Both the position numbers and the translations under genes were made by a program. Of a stretch of DNA of 64,000 nt, positions 56,019-64,000 are shown piece by piece (positions within the stretch are counted from its first letter, which is position 1; every line of letters begins with the position of its first letter). This stretch comes from Prolixibacteraceae bacterium (GTDB lineage Bacteria; Bacteroidota; Bacteroidia; Bacteroidales; Prolixibacteraceae): the NCBI GenBank assembly GCA_021740385.1, contig JAIOZY010000020.1:4493-68492 (forward strand), given 5' to 3'. Below the pieces are notes generated by a model. It saw only the letters and a list, made by a program, of their open reading frames with translations, made no database searches and was not told the DNA's origin.

Positions 56019-56850
56019 ATGCCACAGAAAAAAAGACCCATGTTAAAAGTATATCACCGATTCTTGGATGAATCGGGCGATACTACTTTTTATGGTAAAA
56101 AGAAGCGGATAATTGTTGGTGATAATGGAGTCTCAAAAAACATTTATTCTGGGCATGGTTAAGTTTAAAACAAAACTTGAACCAATACGGGAACATATTA
56201 TTAAAATGCAACAAGAAGTTGCCAAAGATGAATTTTATAAAGATGTGCCAAGCATTAAAAAGAAAGTAAACAAAAACGGATATTTCTTTCATGCAAAAGA
56301 TGATATTCCTGAGGTACGAGAAAAATTCTTCAGGTTCATAAAAACGATTAATTGTTCATTTGAAGCGGTAGTAGCTCGCAAATTACCAGATTTGTACGAA
56401 ACAAAACATAAAGGGAACGAAGCATGGTTTTATGCCGATTTGCTTTCGCATCTGCTAAAAAATAAATTCACCAACCACGATAAGATGGTGCTGAACATTG
56501 CTAGCAGAGGTAAATCAACCAAAAATCAAAACCTGGATTTAGCTTTGGCAAAAGCTAAGGAACGTTTTTATGCAGCCAATCCTGAAAAGGAATTGAAAAC
56601 AAAAGTGGTTTTTAATGTTTTGGAACAAACAGGAGAACCTTTGCTAAATGTTGCCGATTATTTTTGTTGGTGCATTCAAAATGTATTTGAAAGGGGACAA
56701 ATGCGGTATTATAATTTTATGAAAGATCAAATATCAACAGTTGTAGATTTGTATGATTTTGATAGTTATGGAAAGAAAGGCTGGCCGAATTATTATGGGA
56801 AAAACAATCCGTTAACGACTATAAATGAAATAAGCCCACTTTCACACTAA
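56019..56850 (+). pseudogene. DUF3800-family gene interrupted by a +1 frameshift in an A6 run
   Basis: Frame A (56019-56162) encodes MPQKKRPMLKVYHRFLDESGDTTFYGKKKRIIVGDNGVSK and then stops. Frame B (ORF 56113..56850) continues TFILGMVKF... Removing one A from AAAAAA (56135-56140) joins them. DESGD and the late ..VADYF.. motif fit DUF3800. Confidence 0.65.
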
Positions 56851-57083
56851 GACGAGTTTTAACTTGTCAATGGCATGGAGCCAACGTTCATGTGATGCAG
56901 ACTTACGAATACAAATATACGGAATTTTATAATAAAAGCAAGCAGACAAATAATATCAACACGAACGTTTTTTTATTGGCAGATATGTTTGTTTTCATAT
57001 TGAATTGAGAAAATGAATTTGTTAAAATGCATGTTTATTAATGAAAAATATTTCAAGGCCATAATAAAAAAAGGGAATAAATC

Positions 57084-58376
57084 ATGCGTATAATTTATTT
57101 ATTACTTATTGTTACAATGAGTTTTTCGTTGCCGGCCCGGTCGCAGGGCAATACGAACAAAAATATATCTGACCCCCGTGGGGAAATGGTGCCATGGGAA
57201 ACCGGTGCATGGAAAACCGGTAAATACCGCAACCTTTTTCTTGAAGCCGGATATGAAGAGGGGGCAATTGATGTAAAACTGGAGAAAGCTTATGTCGATT
57301 TATTTGAAGGCCCCAACCGGGTTTACTTTGAAGTGGGTGATTCGATGGGCTATGTATCCGACCTGAAAAACCACGATGCACGTACCGAAGGCCTTTCGTA
57401 CGGGATGATGATAGCCGTTCAGCTTAATAAAAAAGAGGTGTTCGACCGTATTTGGCGCTGGTCGAAACATTACCTGCAACACAAGGGCGGTCCGCGCGAT
57501 GGGTACTTCGCCTGGTCGGCCAACCCGAAAACGGGCGAACATAATTCAGCGGGAACGGCTTCAGATGGTGAGTTGTATTATGTTACGGCTTTGCTCTTTG
57601 CATCAAACCGATGGGGCAACGATACCGGTATTGATTATTACGCCGAAGCCCGCCGCATTCTCGATGCCATGTGGAGCAAAGACGGTAGTGAAGGGATCAA
57701 CAACATCCTGAATGTGGAGCACAAGCAGATCAGTTTTGTGCCCGAATCGGAACGTTATCACCTTACCGACCCGTCGTACCACCTGCCAGCATTTTTTGAA
57801 ATATGGGCTGAATATGCCAGCGATGGCCACGAACAGTTTTACCGCGACTGTGCCGACACATCGCGTGCATACCTGCACCGGGTGTGCCATCCAATAACCG
57901 GGTTGAATCCCGATTACAGCGAGTACAGCGGTAAACTTTCAGAAAGGCACCCGTTCAGGGCCGCGTTCCGGTACGATTCGTGGCGGGTTCCCATGAACAT
58001 TGCCATGGATTACTCGTGGTATTGCAAGGATGCCGAATGGCAACAAGATTACTGCCGACGGATACAAAATTTCCTCTATAGCCGCGGAATGGATACCTTT
58101 GAAGATCAGTTTAACATGGACGGTACTTTGCCCGAATGGATACTGCCTGCGGGTGGGTATCAAAAACTGCGTCACTCCCTTGGGCTGATTTCTACTTCGG
58201 GGGCCGCTTCGTTAATGAGTACCGAAGCCCTGGGCTGGAAGTTTGTCGATAAGGTTTGGAATGCCCGGCTGGAACCATACGACGATGGCTATTTCGACCC
58301 CTATTACGACGGATTGCTATACTTATTTAGTTTGATGCACCTCAGTGGAAACTACCGCATCATTACACCCCAATAG
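57084..58376 (+). CDS. GH8 family glycoside hydrolase (reducing-end exo-oligoxylanase-like)
   Basis: Signal peptide. ARTEGLSYGMMIAV and ASDGELYYVTALLFASNRW fit the GH8 signature region. Confidence 0.65.
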   Translation: MRIIYLLLIVTMSFSLPARSQGNTNKNISDPRGEMVPWETGAWKTGKYRNLFLEAGYEEGAIDVKLEKAYVDLFEGPNRVYFEVGDSMGYVSDLKNHDARTEGLSYGMMIAVQLNKKEVFDRIWRWSKHYLQHKGGPRDGYFAWSANPKTGEHNSAGTASDGELYYVTALLFASNRWGNDTGIDYYAEARRILDAMWSKDGSEGINNILNVEHKQISFVPESERYHLTDPSYHLPAFFEIWAEYASDGHEQFYRDCADTSRAYLHRVCHPITGLNPDYSEYSGKLSERHPFRAAFRYDSWRVPMNIAMDYSWYCKDAEWQQDYCRRIQNFLYSRGMDTFEDQFNMDGTLPEWILPAGGYQKLRHSLGLISTSGAASLMSTEALGWKFVDKVWNARLEPYDDGYFDPYYDGLLYLFSLMHLSGNYRIITPQ

Positions 58377-58499
58377 TGAAAAAAGGTGTCCATATTCGTG
58401 ATAGTGCACAGTTAGTAACGATTTTAATTAAATAGTAAAATTTTCTTCAACAGGAATCAATCTGCAATTTTTATATCCAACCACCTTTTAAGCGTGAAA

Positions 58500-58681
58500 A
58501 CAGGAAGGCTGGTCTCTGGTCGCCAGGTGCTGTTCACTCGATGCCGGATGCTGGCATCGCCCGCCGTAGCCTGCGACACCATTAAAGCTTTAGCGACACC
58601 CGGTTGGCGAAGGTGGAGCATCGCCCGCCATGGTTATTACACAGGTTGTTCGAAGCATTTGATCCCGATGTACATCGGGAT
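58500..58681. repeat. GC-rich non-coding block built of hairpins and short direct repeats, ending in a class B palindrome
   Basis: GATGCCggatgctGGCATC (58540-58558); GCATCGCCCGCC twice (58553-58564 and 58618-58629); GCGACACC twice; CACCCGGTTGGCGAAGGTGG (a class A-like variant); GATCCCGATGTACATCGGGAT (58661-58681). Confidence 0.75.
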
Positions 58682-58682
58682 T

Positions 58683-58710
58683 GGAATTTGAAATTTGGAA
58701 TTTGAAATTT
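58683..58710. repeat. Tandem repeat (GGAATTTGAAATTT) x2, i.e. four 7-nt units
   Basis: Direct reading of ggaatttgaaatttggaatttgaaattt. Confidence 0.9.
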
Positions 58711-58957
58711 AATTTATAGTTTAGAAGTCTGAAACCAATACAAGTAAAGCGCCGGTGCATCAAAAACCCGTCATTCCGCTAATGCCCGCTTTTCACAGGA
58801 ATAAGTCTGTTGTATTATTGAAGTTTGAAAAACATAAAAACCCTTTTAATGATTTTGATATATGAAACAAAACCTGAACATATCCAACAAATATCGTTCG
58901 ATATATTCGAAAAACATGAACATATAAACAAGTTCTCGGTAATTTAAAAAGAACAAT

Positions 58958-59755
58958 ATGGAAATAATAAACTTAATAAAATGGCCAATTACTATTCTTA
59001 TTGGATGGTTGATTACGCTTTTGGTTTTTAGAAAAAAATTGAAAAAGTTGTCTTTCAACTGGGATAAAAAAGAAGGAAACTTGGATTTATCTGGAAATTA
59101 CGACCAAGGGCCAAGACTTGTAACAAAAACGAAAACTGGAGAACTTCAAAATTTAAGTAATGATGATATTAGAAGAACTTCAGAATTGATTGTAAATAAA
59201 GACAGTAGTAAATACTTCAAGTTCTCTGATAAACTTGAACGTTTCTTGATTGATGAAGATGGTGCAAAAATTAGAAACCTACGTTTTCGCCTTGGAGTTC
59301 AACAAAAAGGATTAAAAATATTAAGTATAAACTTAAAGGGATATCTGATAGTCTCGAAAATAATTAGAAACCCTAATGATAATGTTGGTTGGGGGAGTAA
59401 TTGGCCAGAACTAAAACTCGATAAAGATTTCCTCCCAGCCTTGACGGATTATTGGTCAATAGACCATGAAATTGACACTGAAGATTCAACTTCTCCATTC
59501 AACAAAATGGACAATACAGATGATATTATCAAAATGACAATAAAGATTTATGCAACTGGATTCTTAGAATCTGGCAAAAAAATCTTTGGTAGCCAACAAT
59601 ATGATTTAGATGAAAATAGCTGTATATATGGAAGATTTAAGCTACGTGAGCTTGGAGAGAAAACAATTTCTAATGAGGCTTTCAATGAAATAATTACTGC
59701 GAAAGAAGAAGGAGATTGGAGTTTTATAAGAAAAACTACCGAGAACACGCAATAA
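58958..59755 (+). CDS. Hypothetical protein with an N-terminal TM anchor (cassette 1)
   Basis: 265 aa, WPITILIGWLITLLVF anchor, no family recognised. Confidence 0.5.
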   Translation: MEIINLIKWPITILIGWLITLLVFRKKLKKLSFNWDKKEGNLDLSGNYDQGPRLVTKTKTGELQNLSNDDIRRTSELIVNKDSSKYFKFSDKLERFLIDEDGAKIRNLRFRLGVQQKGLKILSINLKGYLIVSKIIRNPNDNVGWGSNWPELKLDKDFLPALTDYWSIDHEIDTEDSTSPFNKMDNTDDIIKMTIKIYATGFLESGKKIFGSQQYDLDENSCIYGRFKLRELGEKTISNEAFNEIITAKEEGDWSFIRKTTENTQ

Positions 59756-59788
59756 AAAACATAGGACGTAAAGCTCTAAATTTGAACG

Positions 59789-59871
59789 ATATAACATTTA
59801 ATAAACGGCTTGGTAACTTGATAGGTAGGAGCTACGAAATGCCCTACGTTTTTTATTGCCATCCGTTGTGC
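59789..59871 (+). other. attC-like site 1 (weakest of the four)
   Basis: ATATAAC ... GTTGTGC. Internal pairing AATAAA/TTTATT and GGC/GCC. An alternative fold, TAAAAAAC (59753-59760) with GTTTTTTA (59848-59855), encloses a bulged stem. Confidence 0.35.
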
Positions 59872-59924
59872 GGCATTGTCAAAACCCTTAATCCAAAGTT
59901 GTAACCAATAAAATTAAAGCAAAT

Positions 59925-60632
59925 ATGAAATCGAAACCAAAATGGTACTATAATGAGGCTTCGCATTCAGGAATTAACTATTCCAACCAAGAGATTGTAG
60001 AAGATTATGATAATCAACATACGAGATTTAGGAACTACAAAACCGAAGCTGACAAGATTTCACAAGCCTTAGGGTTAAAGGAAAATGACGTAATTATTGA
60101 CATGGGGTGTGGAAGTGGTGAATTATCAATTGAATTGTCAGAGAAATGCAAAAAAATATATACTGTTGACATCTCACAGCAGATGATTGACTTATGCAAA
60201 AATAAAATTTCAAAAAACGAGATTGATAATATTATTCCTATTTGTGCTGGATTATTGACATATCAACATAATGACGAACCTGTTGATGCTGTAATCTCAA
60301 ATGTTGTATTGCATCACTTGCCTGACTTTTGGAAAATGATTGCTTTAAAGAACATATATAATATTTTGAAACCAGGGGGCAGATTTTTTTTATTCGACAT
60401 TGTATTTTCATTCCCTGTTGAAAATCATGAAGAATATATTTCTAACTGGTTGACCATGATGAAAGAAAAGGCTGGAGAGAAAATGATGGAAGAGTCAGTT
60501 GTTCACATTAGAGATGAGTTTAGCACCTATGATTGGATTTTAGAAAAAATGATTGAATTAACTGGTTTTAAAATCATGCATATTGCGGACGAAATGCCGA
60601 ATACGAAAGCATTTATTTGTATTAAAGAGTGA
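59925..60632 (+). CDS. Class I SAM-dependent methyltransferase (cassette 2)
   Basis: Motif I VIIDMGCGSGELS, post-I YTVDIS, motif IV-like ISNVVLHH. Confidence 0.75.
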   Translation: MKSKPKWYYNEASHSGINYSNQEIVEDYDNQHTRFRNYKTEADKISQALGLKENDVIIDMGCGSGELSIELSEKCKKIYTVDISQQMIDLCKNKISKNEIDNIIPICAGLLTYQHNDEPVDAVISNVVLHHLPDFWKMIALKNIYNILKPGGRFFLFDIVFSFPVENHEEYISNWLTMMKEKAGEKMMEESVVHIRDEFSTYDWILEKMIELTGFKIMHIADEMPNTKAFICIKE

Positions 60633-60692
60633 GCAGAATAAAAATAATAGTACCCTTTTGAAAACAACGAATTGACAATAAATACAACGACC

Positions 60693-60820
60693 GCACAACA
60701 AGGCATCAAACCCAATAGCCGCGGGTGTTTCATAGGATACTGATGTGGATAATTGAAAATTTTGTACTTTTATGAAAAGACAGTGGAAGCGGCTACTGGG
60801 TTTATGCCCGAACGTTATAA
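60693..60820 (+). other. attC-like site 2
   Basis: GCACAAC-aa-GGCATCAAACCCAATAGCCGC (60702-60722) pairs with GCGGCTACTGGGTTTATGCC (60789-60808), 19 of 21 positions, then cgaac-GTTATAA (60814-60820). Confidence 0.5.
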
Positions 60821-60832
60821 AACATTGTAAAA

Positions 60833-61894
60833 ATGGAACATATAATAAACATAGTAAAATCATTATTTGAACCAGTAGGTATATTATTGACATTGATTAT
60901 TCTTTTAATATTGAATACATGGATATTTAAAAGGATGAAATCAGTTACATCAGATGGTAATATTGCCAAGAGGTCTATTTCATTTTCTATTATACTTATT
61001 GGTGTACTTGTATTTATTTTATCTCTACCTATCGACAAATCACTTAAAGGACAGATAATGAGTTTTCTGGCCATAATAATAAGTGCTGGAATTGCGTTAA
61101 GTTCAACCACCATATTAGGTAACCTTATTGCTGGATTCATGAATAATTCAATGAACCGCTTTAGGAATGGAGACCTTATAAAAATTGGAGACCTTCAAGG
61201 CAGAGTTACTAAAAAAAGTATCTTCCATACCGAAATTCAACTTGAAGACAGTAATTTTATCACGATACCTAATCTATACATTGCTAATAATCCTGTCAAG
61301 TTAACTCGTAAAACAAATACGGTAATATCCACATCTGTTTCATTGGGCTATGACGTATCACGGATTCGAATTGAAGAAACCCTGAAAGAAGCTGCTATTT
61401 TAACTGGATTAACGGACCCCTATGTTTATATTACAGACTTGGGAGATTTTTCAGTCGCTTATAAAATACATGGATTTCTTGATGATAGTAATAAGTTTTT
61501 TAGCACTCAGTCTCTATTGAATGGCAACGTAATGGATAATCTTCATAAAAAAGGAATAGAGATTGTTTCACCAACTTTTATGAACCAGAGAAGAGTAGAT
61601 GAAAAGGAATTTATTCCAACGAAAGATGTTAAAAAATCAATTCCTAAAAATGAATCTTCCCCAGAACAATTAATTTTTTCTGAAGCAATCGAATCGGGGA
61701 AAATTGAGAAAAAGAAAGATTACCTTAAAGAGATAGATAAAAAACAGGAATTGCTAAAGGAAGAACTAAAGCAATTAAAGGATAAAAAGGAGATTGAGAG
61801 AGCCAAAGCTACTATTAGCCGAAATGATGAGTTGAAAGCAAAAATTGAAAAAAATATTGAAGAACAAATCAACAAAAATAAGGACTCTGCATAA
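60833..61894 (+). CDS. MscS-family mechanosensitive channel with a Lys/Glu-rich coiled-coil tail (cassette 3)
   Basis: Three TM segments, then the pore-lining helix GNLIAGFMN and beta-domain GDLIKIGDLQGRVTKKSIFHTEIQ. The C-terminal ~90 aa are KE-rich. Confidence 0.75.
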   Translation: MEHIINIVKSLFEPVGILLTLIILLILNTWIFKRMKSVTSDGNIAKRSISFSIILIGVLVFILSLPIDKSLKGQIMSFLAIIISAGIALSSTTILGNLIAGFMNNSMNRFRNGDLIKIGDLQGRVTKKSIFHTEIQLEDSNFITIPNLYIANNPVKLTRKTNTVISTSVSLGYDVSRIRIEETLKEAAILTGLTDPYVYITDLGDFSVAYKIHGFLDDSNKFFSTQSLLNGNVMDNLHKKGIEIVSPTFMNQRRVDEKEFIPTKDVKKSIPKNESSPEQLIFSEAIESGKIEKKKDYLKEIDKKQELLKEELKQLKDKKEIERAKATISRNDELKAKIEKNIEEQINKNKDSA

Positions 61895-61902
61895 GAAACA
61901 AC

Positions 61903-62039
61903 GTTTTATAACACACAATATAAAACAGTTGGGGTTCAGTGGTTTGCGAGTGTTTGGTTCTCGCCTCAACTTTTTCCAACGGTGGATAGGAACGAGCTCC
62001 GAAAACCCAACCGTTTCATATTGTCAAACGTTGTGTGCC
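61903..62039 (+). other. attC-like site 3
   Basis: GTTTTATAAC, then ACAATATAAAACAGTTGGGGTT (61915-61936) pairing with AAAACCCAACCGTTTCATATTGT (62002-62024), then caaac-GTTGTGTGCC (62030-62039). Confidence 0.5.
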
Positions 62040-62791
62040 AAATCAAAAAAAACGGGTAACACACAATTTATCAGGGCGATGAGAAAGTATTTCAGTTCTG
62101 TGCATTCAACTTAATATCCAGATTAGATTTCTGACTCGTTCTTTCATTTTTCAGGAGTAAAAGGATTTTTAAATATTTGTACAAGGATTTGCAGAATAAC
62201 GATTTGATTTTTTTGTTCTATGATTTATTGATGAAATTATATTTTATCCGGATTGGCTAAAAGATTCTTTCTTAAACTTTTTTTCGTTCGGACTAAAAAT
62301 ATTTGCCGTCACGATTGGAGTGTTTCGCTAAGAAAAAGGGATTTTTAGGTTTTGTAATTATTCTCAGGAGTCAAAAGGATTATTGATTTTTAGTTGCGGT
62401 TCTGGTTGACTAAAAAAAAGTCCGCTTTTCAAACTTAGATTTGAAAAAATAATAATAAAATATTACCGTATCAGATTGATTATTTGAAACATAAAGCAAG
62501 GATTTAATGAAACGTTTGTTTGAAAAGATTGCTCATTTGAGTAACGTCACGGGCGGATTAAAATTCTGTCCGATTTTGGGATTTGATTACTTAAAAACAT
62601 GAGAGAGCCAACGAATAAAATGTAAAAAACATCTCAAACTGTTTGAGAAAAATAATTACTGATATGATTAGTTCTAAAATAAATTGTTTAATTTCAGGAC
62701 TTTGATTTATAAAACAAGCGATAGAAACTGTGCAAACGGTACTGGTTTGTGTGTTTGACTTTTTCTTCGATAAAGACAAGAAATTAAATTC

Positions 62792-62927
62792 GGCACACAA
62801 CAATGTGTAAAATTAATCGCGGGTATAGTGCTAATTTTCAGCTTACTGCCCCGCTTCAAATTCGGTGTGTATGCGGACTGGAACGATGCACGAAAACCGC
62901 GCCTAATCTTACACGTAAACGTTAGCG
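62792..62927 (+). other. attC-like site 4
   Basis: GGCACACAAC-aat-GTGTAAAATTAATCGCGGGTATAGTGC (62805-62831) pairs with GCACGAAAACCGCGCCTAATCTTACAC (62888-62914), then gtaaac-GTTAGCG (62921-62927). Confidence 0.5.
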
Positions 62928-62935
62928 GCAAAATA

Positions 62936-63571
62936 TTAAGAAGCTTCGTCTATATAATAATCGATAGAATTTTTGAGATTTAGATTAACGTCCTTATATC
63001 GTTGATTTAAAATTTTCCTTATTAGCCAAGGTGTAATAAATAGCAAAAAACTGAAAATAAATAGCAGACTTGATAGATTTGTTGAAATAGCCCAGGCTTT
63101 TATGCCACCAATATTCAGAAATAATCCGAGTAGAAAAAATATCCCCATTGAATAGAATAAGGCTAAATAGATAATAAAATCAATTTTAATAATTTTTGCA
63201 AGTCTTTCACCAAAATAAATACCTGCTTCCTTAATTGGGAGATTGTCCATTTGATTATTTAATATACTATACCGAACAATCTCAGAACTTGATTTAAATA
63301 TAAGAAATAACCCAGCAAACATAAATGGCAGCACAATAGCTGTTGATAATTCGATTTTTAGATATATAAACCCATAAATAACAAGCCCGATTAAAGTTAG
63401 TAGGCTGGTTGAATAAATGAATATCTTAAGTTTAATTTCTTTCATGATTTTTGAAAAACCGCTACTATGAGATTTGCGTATGATTGATTGTATATAATCT
63501 TGATTATTCAAATTATAAGCTTTCGATTCATGTGCAAGTTTCCAAATTGATTTTAAGCTATTTTGATTCAT
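62936..63571 (-). CDS. Multi-pass membrane protein downstream of, and overlapping, an ECF sigma gene (possible anti-sigma partner)
   Basis: 211 aa with four hydrophobic segments. Its start overlaps the sigma gene's end by 14 nt. Confidence 0.45.
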   Translation of the reverse strand: MNQNSLKSIWKLAHESKAYNLNNQDYIQSIIRKSHSSGFSKIMKEIKLKIFIYSTSLLTLIGLVIYGFIYLKIELSTAIVLPFMFAGLFLIFKSSSEIVRYSILNNQMDNLPIKEAGIYFGERLAKIIKIDFIIYLALFYSMGIFFLLGLFLNIGGIKAWAISTNLSSLLFIFSFLLFITPWLIRKILNQRYKDVNLNLKNSIDYYIDEAS

Positions 63572-64000
63572 ATCTATTAGAAATTTTAATTAGTTTATTC
63601 TTGATTCTATTAATTTTGACGCCAACATTACTTGTTGAAATACCTATGGTTCTAGCAATATCTTCATAGGAAAATTCATCTAAATACATAAGTATAATTG
63701 CTTTCTCATTGATGTTGAGCTCATTGATGATTGAGTAAAGCTTATTCTTTTCTTCTGATTCAGTAAAGCTAAAAGAAACAGGAATTTCATATTCATTTTT
63801 AGATAGTTCAGTATGTACAGGTTGAATACTAAGTTTTCTAATTATATCAATGGCAGAGTTTATCGCGACTCTGTACATCCAAGTAGAAAAACTTGATTGA
63901 TGTTTAAAATTCGGAAATGCTCTCCATAATCGGATAAGGATTTCTTGAAAATAATCTTCCCAGTACGGGTTTTTGAAAAAGTATGAATTGCAAACCTTAT
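63558..64000 (-). CDS. ECF-type sigma-70 factor, N-terminus outside the window
   Basis: The frame stays open above the track's internal Met: ..WEDYFQEILIRLWRAFPNFKHQSSFSTWMYRVAINSAID (region 2). Region 4: SYEDIARTIGISTSNVGVKINRIKNKL. Confidence 0.8.
   Translation of the reverse strand, partial: KVCNSYFFKNPYWEDYFQEILIRLWRAFPNFKHQSSFSTWMYRVAINSAIDIIRKLSIQPVHTELSKNEYEIPVSFSFTESEEKNKLYSIINELNINEKAIILMYLDEFSYEDIARTIGISTSNVGVKINRIKNKLIKISNRYESK

Larger units (their letters stand above)
58809..62927 (+). mobile_element. Candidate integron-type gene cassette array (four attC-like sites, no integrase in the window; CALIN-like)
   Basis: AT-rich. Three co-oriented unrelated ORFs plus one ORF-less unit, each followed by an ~80-140 nt imperfect hairpin. 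Perfect inverted repeats bracket each unit: GTTGTGC (59865) / GCACAAC (60693); GTTATAAAAC (60814) / GTTTTATAAC (61903); GTTGTGTGCC (62030) / GGCACACAAC (62792). Confidence 0.55.

Noticed and set aside
58478-58640. tRNA, SRP RNA, RNase P, tmRNA or riboswitch identity for the GC-rich block.
   Set aside because: I could not find a cloverleaf, the SRP GGAA/AGCA domain IV motif, or any riboswitch core I know. Left as an unassigned structured region.
58494-58691. 65-aa ORF across the GC-rich block.
   Set aside because: The sequence is Arg/Cys/Gly-rich with no domain character. Its end (..IPMYIGIGI) is just the translation of the class B palindrome, as is the false N-terminal extension of the GH31 ORF at 3297. 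Treated as non-coding.
57084-58957. An integron integrase (intI) or attI immediately upstream of the cassette-like array.
   Set aside because: The only gene there is a GH8 hydrolase on the + strand. No tyrosine-recombinase-like ORF exists anywhere in the window, so the array is reported as integrase-less.
59753-59855. An alternative long hairpin after the first cassette ORF, closed by TAAAAAAC / GTTTTTTA, as the true attC-like site 1.
   Set aside because: It lacks the cassette-bracketing complement upstream of the ORF. GTTGTGC at 59865 pairs perfectly with the R''-like GCACAAC of the next unit, so 59789-59871 was preferred. The two folds cannot be distinguished by eye.
61845-62114. 89-aa ORF spanning attC-like site 3, and small - strand ORFs at 62591..62803 and 62707..62931.
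   Set aside because: They overlap the hairpin and inverted-repeat structures, begin inside the preceding gene or have no start context, and have low-complexity sequence.

Overview
The window looks like a Bacteroidota chromosome segment, based on SusC/SusD pairs, a hybrid two-component regulator, a T9SS C-terminal sorting domain and lipoprotein signal peptides. All calls are from reading the sequence and ORF track only; no searches were run. Manually counted non-ORF coordinates may be off by 1-2 nt.

Layout:
- 1-10.5 kb: two tandem GH31 enzymes with PA14 inserts, plus a hybrid two-component regulator (HTCS).
- 10.5-19.6 kb: housekeeping genes (CorA, an APC/SLC12-like transporter, sucCD, an AAA ATPase, an SBF-type transporter).
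- 19.6-21.3 kb: an AT-rich islet carrying the uncharacterised TcmP/DUF5131 (Gp37/Gp68) gene pair.
- 21.4-28.9 kb: an ECF sigma factor fused to a membrane extension, envelope proteins, a radical SAM enzyme and a ROK glucokinase.
- 29-55.8 kb: a large alpha-glucan (starch/maltodextrin) utilisation locus. It holds two SusC/SusD pairs, a SusE/F-like protein, three GH13, one GH31, GH65 maltose phosphorylase, beta-phosphoglucomutase, an MFS transporter and a LacI-family regulator. A candidate LacI operator (ACCGCAAACGWTTG) occurs three times.
- 56-58.4 kb: a frameshifted DUF3800 gene and a GH8.
- 58.8-62.9 kb: an AT-rich run of same-strand ORFs, each followed by a long imperfect hairpin. Each unit is bracketed by perfect GTTnnnn/nnnnAAC inverted repeats. 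I read this as an integron-type cassette array (four attC-like sites) with no integrase in view.
- 62.9-64.0 kb: an ECF sigma / membrane-protein pair, cut by the window edge.

Other points worth a second look:
- a family of perfect palindromes (CGCCAGCTGGCG and CCCGATnnnnATCGGG) built into a conserved intercistronic module inside the glycan operons;
- a SusD homologue with two starch-binding-like modules inserted;
- a GC-rich structured non-coding block at 58.5-58.7 kb.
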